Below are positions 55,508 through 64,000 of a DNA stretch of 64,000 bases, one piece after another. A model generated the notes under the pieces. The model did not search any database. It saw nothing but the letters and a program-made list of their open reading frames with translations, and had not been told where the DNA came from. The stretch is from Octopus vulgaris (taxonomy: Eukaryota). The translations under genes were made by a program, and so were the position numbers. Each line of letters starts with the position of its first letter. The stretch's first letter is position 1. Where the stretch lies: the NCBI GenBank assembly GCA_951406725.2, contig OX597816.1, positions 153,698,001 to 153,762,000 of the forward strand. Direction: 5' to 3'.

Positions 55508-56577
55508 TGTATATGTGTACACAGACACATGCACAATATAATCAAAACCTTTAAGTGCAATTAGTTTCATCATTATTTTCTATACAATGCTATGTTAACC
55601 ATAAAGAACATAATAAGTATTAAAAAAATCAGGATGAAACTAACCACTCTAAAAGGTCTTTTTATTATATGGCCTTAAAATTAGAAATAAAATCATGGTT
55701 ATATCGTGATGTATATGTCTTGGACCCCAAAATATCACACTACAAACAAATTTTCACTCTATGTATATATGCTTCAACTTAAAATACATTTGTATTTGCA
55801 ACAATTTGAGACTTTGCCCAAATAAATATGAACAAATAAAGAAAGAAAATATCAAGCAAGAAATATTAACAATTAGAAAGAATACCCTTATTCTTTCAAT
55901 CAGTTACATTGTAATGTGCTTTTTTTTTTGTTTTGTCTTTTCCTTTGATTCAGTTACAGATATGACTCAATTTTAAGAGACATGTATGTAACTTTGTACT
56001 GTATCATCATGCAATGAAATAGAAAGCTGAAAGAACTCTTAGATGATGGTCAATAGCAATTCTAGAATTGTTCAGTTGTTTGTTTTAAATTAGCATACAG
56101 TTACCAGTCCTCTTTCATAGTGTTCAATTTAAAAACAAACAAAAAACTTAAAATAAAGCAAATATGAATATATATTTCAACGTAATAGCCTATTTTAATC
56201 AATATATTAACTCACTTCTAAATGAATGGGGAAAAAAGAAATAAAAAATATAACCTTAAAATAATAATAATAATAATAATTATAATAATAATAATAACAA
56301 CAACAACAACAACTAAGAATCTCTAGGGAAAATAGTCAACACATTTTCTCAAGTTAAAATTCTAAAGCCTGAAAAAAATAAATTAACTGCCTAGTAGAAC
56401 AGAAACAATTGAAAAGATGTATTTTTTTTTCCAAGAAGATTCAGTCGAAGGCATTAGTCAACACATTGGTGATAAAAATTTACCTCTGTGGACTCATCAA
56501 CAATATAATACAGCATTTAGTCACAACCAATTAAAACAAGATACACATTTCATTTTTGTGAGTTTATCAGAACAATT

Positions 56578-58274
56578 TTAAGGAACAGGAAGCTTCTTCT
56601 GCTTCATAGTCTCTCCTGATGAATGACTTGACTTTGGATAGGAAGAGTGACATTTTAGGGGTACAGAAGGACTTTTGGAACTGACAACAGATTTCCCTTT
56701 CTGGTTTAAGTCAGCAGTTTCTAAAGTTCCATGATCCTCATCTGCTTCCAACTCATCATCAAAATAACTCATGTTCGAAAAGGCTGAACTTGAAATATCT
56801 CTAAGGCCCCTTCGAAATTTTGACTTGCTAGGTTTGGAATGTTTTACAGCACTGGCTGTGTGAACAGTAGTCCGAGAATCAGTAATTTGCCGAAATACAT
56901 CATCTTCACTCGATGGACTTTCCATGAAGTGACGATCATGAGGTTCAACAGTTTGAAAATCACTTGACCCCAACAAACAGGAATCTTCAGATTGTAAATC
57001 ATCAATTGGAGAATCTAATTTGATCATGTCGTCATTGCTGCTGCTGCTGCAGGCACTTAGATGGGTTTGGGAGCCACTCGGGTAAGTGGAAGGCATTTCA
57101 GAAAATGGTACAGCTCCAAAAACATCTTGGCTTTCAGTAGAAGATGGCAATGAGCTACCCTGACTAGGGGAACTGCAAACATCAACTGGTGGACTAACTG
57201 TATGTGAATGGTAGCTGTGAGGTGGTTCCACAACTGACACAAGCTCCTTAACATCATCTAAATCTGGAGTAACAGCACATGACGATGGTGCTGTTTGAAT
57301 GGAACTGGGAGTCTTTTTATCATTAAATGGAGCTTTGGAAAAGATCTCTTCGATGGTGTTTGGTGGGGTTTCAGGGGTGGTCAGGGCAAGAGCAGAGCTA
57401 CTAGTTCTACTAGCCTTTGACCCGCCCTGAAGCTTATTACTAAATTTACTTCGAAAAGGTGCTTGGGAAAATACATCTTCAGAAGTCTTTGATAAGAAAG
57501 TGGCAGAAACAGAACTTGGTATCACTGCACTAATAGGCCGTCGCTTAGTTCCACTTTTTATTGGAAACGGTGCAGCTGAAAATACATCTTCATTAAATTG
57601 TCCCAGAACAGACTGAATTAGTGCAGCATCACTTCCAATGTTTTCTTCACTAACAGTATGTCGTTTATGTTGAAGATTGCTGCTTTTAGATGTCCCTAAA
57701 TTTGAATGCACCTCCTCTAATTCATCATCATCAAGCAAGGGTTTTATACCATACTCATGACCAACAATTCTATCTTCATGATTCTCTGATATCTGATAAT
57801 GAGAAACAGATAAGTTACTAGGAAAATTTCGTGTCATTTTCGATTCTTCATATTCCTCAAAAGATTCAAAATCTTCTTTGTGTTTTGAAGGTTTTGCAGC
57901 ACTTGGTCGACTACCATATTCATCATCCAATTCCTGATAGCTAAAATCAGCAGCACCTTTATTTATAATACCTCCATGGTAATCTTCAGAACTAGAGTCA
58001 ACAACTTCTTTAGGTTGGATAGCTGGTTTAGTTGTAAGTTTCTTGCCTTTTGTTTCTATACGCTTCCTCTCTTTCTCCCCATTATCATCAACAAGTTGTT
58101 TGTACTTCTTGCCTGTTAAACCCAGCGCCACTTTTATTAAGGTGTTGCCACCAAATAGTTCATGACATTTTCCAGTTGATTCTGAGTTGAAATCAATAAG
58201 ATCTTTTGTATGCTCGAGTGCAACATCTGCTGAACCTGTACTATGACGCCGTGGACTTTTGTGCGCCAGATCTT
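56578..58274 (-). CDS. Terminal coding exon of a Numb-associated kinase (BMP2K/AAK1-like), long C-terminal tail
   Basis: About 565 open codons. A polypyrimidine tract and ttccag acceptor end at 58275 (phase 1), with TAA at 56580-56578. Repeated DVFSAAPF, DVFSQAPF, EIFSKAPF and DVFGAVPF motifs plus GIKPLLDDDELEE resemble, from memory, the BMP2K C-terminal region. Kinase exons are not seen in the window. Confidence 0.8.
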
Positions 58275-58789
58275 CTGGAAAAATAAGAGAAGAAAAGAAG
58301 AAGAAAATCAGTTTTAAAAACAAGCAAAACCACGAGAAGGAAATGAATACATAAAATACATATAAAACAAATTGATTTAAAAAAAAATAAAAGCAGAGGA
58401 AATGTGATAAATGTAAAGGAGAATGAAGATGAGAGTTAAATAAAATAAATAAATAAATAAAAGATAGAAAGAGCTAAGAAGGAAAAGAGAGAAATTAAAA
58501 GATAGAAAAAGTGACAAGGGGGAGTAGTGATAAAAAAAAAATAGGCAAAAGAAATAAAGAAATTGAAGCAGATATCATTTGAAATCAATTGCTGAAAATT
58601 TTCAGAAATGCTATTGCTTTCATAAGTATTAGCAGATGTATGCAAATGTTGAATGAATTTTCTTCATTTAAAACAAAAGCATTGCAGAAAGAAAACAACA
58701 AATGCAAAGTTTTATGAAATTAAATTTTCTTCAGAAGCACTTAGTAAGAAATATACTAAATTAGCATTTTCTTACCTACATGGTAAAAA

Positions 58790-59132
58790 GGATAAAGACC
58801 CCCTTCAGTCATGAATGACTATGGGATTGCTCCTAGAAAGTTCTCCTTCAAGGAACAAGTCCAGGCTAGGTTGTTTTATGGAAGACCAGCAGTCTCCCAT
58901 ACATACTAGCCTCTCCTCTCCACACAACTGGTGTTGTCCAAGGGAAAGGCAAATGCTGATACACTTCAGCACCAGTGACATCACAACTCATTCCTACAGC
59001 TGAGTGAACTGAAGCAACATGAAATAAAGTGTCCTGCTCAAGAACACAACACACAGCCTTGTATGGGAATCGAACTCACTACCTCATGATTGTGAGCTTG
59101 ACACTCTAATCACTGAGCCATGTGCTTTCACA
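58790..59132 (-). mobile_element. tRNA-derived SINE (third family), intronic
   Basis: The minus strand has tggctcagtgattagag (A box), gagttcgattcc (B box) and then a CORE-like tgtgttcttgagcaggacacttta segment. Confidence 0.7.
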
Positions 59133-60121
59133 CTACATGGTAGTTCATATGAAAATAACTAAATTGAAAACAAAAGATCTTTTTTATATTTTAATTACTT
59201 ACTTTGTAACTAATTTTGATTGTTTAATCTTTATATCATTTCATTTAATACTGGATATTTTTTTTAAAAATTAAAAAGAGAGTAACAAGAAAACTCATGA
59301 AAAGTAGAGAACCACCATTAAATAATTTAAGAAGAAAAACCTTGGAAAGTATAATTTTAATACTTTTTATTAAGAATGGAGAAAAGAATTTCAATGTAAC
59401 CACCACCACCACCACCACCACATGAATTCAACAAAATAATATTTTTGTCGATATATATCAAATATTAAGACAATTTTATATTTAAACACATATTAATATC
59501 AGTCATGGTTATTGATTTCCTTTGATAAGATGCATATGGTCAATTACTGTAGGAGACAGGTTTTGTTTATTGAATTTACCACATTATTATAGGTATTGTT
59601 TTGTTAATATCAAAAAGATGGAAAGTAAATGTGATTTCTGACCCCATATTATTAAGATACTGAAAATATACAATAAAATAGTCAATATGTGTTTTACTTT
59701 CTCACCTACCAGCACCACAAAATACTGCAACACAACATTTCAAGAACAACAATAGGACATTAATAACATAAACATCATTTCTTAATTCACAATTTTTTTA
59801 ACAATTGTTAAAATTTAATCAATACAAATTTAAAAAAAAATGATTTTTTTCATGGCTCGAATACCTTATTGTCACAGAAGCTAAAATACTCTGTGGAATG
59901 AATGCAGAAGTTTTCTTTATATATTTATTTTGTTCTGGTTTCAATACTCTAGTTATGATATCAGTACTATTAGTATTGTTATCATCATCTTTATATGCAG
60001 CAGTAGCACTGTCATTGTTTCAAATGTGAGAAACCTTTATTATTGAATTTTGAGATGAACTCTAAGCAGGGCTAAATTTGTCTTCATCTGCCTAAGATAG
60101 GTAAAGGGCATCAGAGAAGAA

Positions 60122-60163
<42 letters not shown>

Positions 60164-63100
60164 AGAGTGTGTGTGTGTTTTGCAGTAGTCGATTCCATTA
60201 ATCTTATTCTTTACTTACAACAACTGCCCTAAAACCTAGTCACTAGAAATCCTTATTTTAAAAATAAAGTACTGTGGAATTTAGTAGAAAGCACCAGCAT
60301 TTTGTTTTACTCCCTTTAGTTGCAAGTTCAAGTTCTGACACATATTCAATTTGTTATTTATCCCCACAATGCCAATCAAATAAGTATTTCTAGAGTTCAA
60401 CCAATCAAGTACACCTCCAACACTTCAAAATTTGACCAGTGTCTTGTCAAAAATAAATATGTTTTAATCATTATTATATTAACATTTGTTGGCAAAAACA
60501 GAAAATGTCTGAATACAAAATGCCTAGCTTTGTCTCTCTAGCTTCTTACTTCAATTTCTACCAAAGTTAGCTTTCTCATCCAAAGACAATAGAATACAGT
60601 ATCTGTAATACATAGGATCAATTTAATTGACAATCTGCCCACTTCTTAATTAGAAAAAATGGGTTCTATTCCTTATTATAACAACTCAGAAGACGATGAA
60701 GTGCCACAGGTGGTAATGTGCTGCAGTAAATGCTTTACAACATACATGTTTGCCCCTCAGTGTTTTGAATTCAAATACTAGTGGTACTAACTTTGCCTTT
60801 TGAAGCATCTAATTTTGAAGTAATCAATAGCTAAATAGCTTGTACAAAACAACATTAATAATTTCCAACTTTGACATGAAGCCCCATGGCTAATATCAAC
60901 ATGAGTTACCGAAGAACTCTCTACTAGTCATTTGGTCTGCTAGAAAAGCAACCAAATATCCATCAATTTCTGCCCTAAAAAAAAGAAAGGTCACACTGGA
61001 TAATGTAATCCTCATATATATTATGTCTGAATTATATCAACCTCAGTACTTGACTTGTACTTTATTTAATCAACTCTGGAAGGATGACAGACAAAGCAGA
61101 CCTTGATGGGATTTGAACTCAATATAAAGAACTGGACAAAATGCAGAATATTTTATTCCAATGCTCTAACAATTCTGCCAATACATCATATGTTATAGTG
61201 ATTTCTTTCATTGAGCACAAGGACCCAAAACATTGAGGACAATACAGGCACACAAAAGTGAAGTTTACATTGAGTAAAAGAAAGTCAACAAAAATAAAGA
61301 ATATAACAATAAAATATTTCAACAAATGTTCCCACTAAGAGGAAAGACCACCTAGGCAATGTATTCAAAAGAAACATATCACAAAGGCCAGAATTATTTT
61401 GCCACATCCAAGGCGTCAAACGTGCTCTCTCCTGGTTTCTATCTTCATACTTAAAAATGCATACTCAATGTAAGCTCATTCAACTTCACTAGCTGTTACC
61501 TATCTTTTATTAAATACACTGAAAGATAGCACTTCTTTCTAGCTTCATATTCCTCTTTAAGTATTACTAGAAAAAAGAAGGTATGCCAATTTTTGCCATA
61601 AACTTAGATGATAGATAAATCTATCCTATTTGTGATAGTAGCTGTTCAGCACAAGCCCACAAGTTAGTATCATTATCTTGTACACATCATGGACAGGTTC
61701 AACTGTTGGTATTGCTGCTTCCATGACTATAGAGCTTATCTCAAACAGCTGATACCTGCTTATAATAGTCCCCAGCTTGATAGTCCTCCAGAAAAGAATG
61801 CTCAGATTGTTTTCATCAACCCCCCAGAGTTGCTCTGGGGTCATCATCAATCGGACCCACCACTAATCCATTATAGAATGCACAAGTTGTTTTCCCACCA
61901 AAGGCACTGCCCAGCTAGTAAAATACTCTGAATGCCAGACATTTTATTTGTCAAATACCCAACCTCAGTCTATGCTTAACTCATTATTGCAGCTCAAAGA
62001 GACAAGTTGCACAAAGACATGTCACTCAAATGTCACCACTTTGCATCACAGTCATATGCCGGTGCATCAGCTTTTCAGTGCATACCTTCACATCATTAGC
62101 CATAACATTTCAAAACAGCCACAGAGTGAGCTAGGCAACTGGTGGATTTCCTGACAAGGAGAACCGGTGGTGGCAGAAAAGAATATATCAAGGTCAGTAT
62201 GTGAGTGGAACTCATATTTTAGAGAAATTAAACAAGATACATGGTAACTTGACTTGCTAGGCATAGAAGCTAAATCTTTAGTAGGAGAAAACAGTTGATA
62301 ATTCCCGATATTTGATTGATACTTTTATCAACTCCAAATGAATGACAGACAAAGTTGACCCATGTGGAAGTTGATATAGAGATGTAGTATAATACCCAAG
62401 TCTTTCTGGCTGTCACGCTCCAATTCTGACCCCTAACACTCTTAATAGTCATGGTTGATTTCTGATGCAAAGCCACATTTTTCATGTTGAGGTACAGTTA
62501 GCTTCTCTAGTTGTAAGATGAAGGGTGATAATTGAAAATAGCTTCTATTATTATCAGTCCTATTTTTCTATAAAAACTATGTGGTCATAATTCTCCTCCA
62601 GCATTATTTTTTTACAGCCCTTTTTTAATAATGATCACTGTCATGGTCAGAACAGAACAGTACTTTCATATATTGAAAGGAGAACAAGTGTTACACCAGC
62701 AACAGATTTAACTATGATGTGTAATGTGGAGTTACTTGAACTGAACCTAATACTTTACTGGTAGTTAATTTAGTCAATTGCAAAGGTATGACAAGCAGTG
62801 TCAACCCAAATCTGAACTTTAAAAAAAAAGAAAAAAGAAAAGAAAAAGGGACATAACTAAATACAGTTTCTGCAATCCATCACTCAACACAGATAATCAA
62901 TAAATGATAAATAAATCAAGTTCTCACACATTGATACAAGACCGTGGACGTTTATGGGAGTTACAGGCAACTGAAAGAACTTCAGTCCTGGCTCAGTATA
63001 TATTTACCCTAGTAGGATTTGAACTCATAATAAAGAGGGAATTACTAAATATTGTTTCTTTTACTACACTACATAATAATATTTGATTTCTTTATTTTGC

Positions 63101-63384
63101 AAACAAAGGCAATAAAAAGAAATGATAGCATAAAAAATGTAGAAAAAATGCAAACTATGAGGCTCTTGGAACTAAATCAGGTGACAAGAGAAAAATGAAG
63201 GAGTATCTGGTTCTCAAGCAAAAGATAGAATTGGTCAAGATAATTAAGAAAAAAAAGTGGAGTAGCTGCAGTAACCCAGGTTGAATTTGAATGAAAAGGG
63301 ATACAAATAAGACATGTAATCTTGTGCTCTACTATTTCTGCTATTCTATTACCTGTGTTATATAATTCACACTCTACAATAATT

Positions 63385-63665
63385 TCTAATTTAGGTACAA
63401 AGCCAATAATTTTAAGAGGAGGAGTTAATCAATAATACTGACCATCCATCTCATGCCAGCATTGGAAACAGATGTTAAACGTGATGATGATGATGATGAT
63501 GATAACTGACCCTAATACTTGACTGTTACTTTATTTTATTGATCTCAGAAGGATGAAAAGCAAAGTTGACTTTGGCAAGATATGAATTCAGAATGTAAAG
63601 AACTGTAACTAAATACAGCTATGCATCTTGTCTGAAGCTCTAATAGTTTTGCCAATTCTCCACCC
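63385..63665 (-). mobile_element. SINE interrupted by a short retroelement tail ending (GAT)n
   Basis: The insert at about 63444-63502 is flanked by duplicated actgacc. Confidence 0.6.
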
Positions 63666-64000
63666 TTTGATAATGATTTCTCCCATAGGCACAATGCCTC
63701 ACATCTGGCAGAGAGATTATTCAGATAAATCAATAACTGGCATTGTTTTATTGACTTTAATTATAATAATAACACTGACAGATGCAATAACATACATTTT
63801 GAAAAAGAAAGAATTTTACAAATAAACGTCATCATTAACATCATTGTCTAAATACTCTTTTTTTTTATGCGAGTGCTGATGGCAATCCAGTATTTCTAAG
63901 CAAACAGTTCTGCATTAATGCAATTTACATTTTTTTATGTAAAAAGATGTATGTGTATTAATGTCATCACTGAAGAATGAAACTTGCTCCAATCTAGCAA

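Noticed and set aside
58275-58323. N-terminal MFLKLIFFFFSSLIFP of the 581-aa ORF as a signal peptide
   Set aside because: It is the intron polypyrimidine tract upstream of the splice acceptor.
61620-62200. GC-richer stretch considered as an upstream kinase exon
   Set aside because: Only short ORFs, no kinase or NAK motifs and no convincing splice pair; probably an old repeat.

Overview
AT-rich, microsatellite-dense animal genomic DNA. The SINE/LINE repertoire and repeat load suggest a cephalopod (Octopus-like), which is an inference. The only clear host coding sequence is a 1.7-kb terminal exon on the minus strand (58274-56578) resembling the long C-terminal tail of a Numb-associated kinase (BMP2K/AAK1-like). 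The rest is mostly decayed transposable elements: RLE-type R4/Dong-like LINEs, L1/Tx1-like LINE remnants, Penelope-like fragments with hammerhead-ribozyme motifs, Tc1/mariner, hAT, Helitron, MITEs and tRNA-derived SINEs. Most ORFs in the track are microsatellite artefacts. The main patterns are: (1) retroelement families apparently partitioned among different microsatellite targets (TAA, TACA, CAGT, TA); (2) a two-copy fold-back mariner derivative built from two left ends; (3) a near-intact minimal hammerhead motif at 22437-22471; (4) an ORF1-only LINE derivative; (5) an orphan Myb/SANT-like ORF; (6) a CpG-depleted domain from about 43.8 kb onward. All calls were made by eye, and TE boundaries are approximate.
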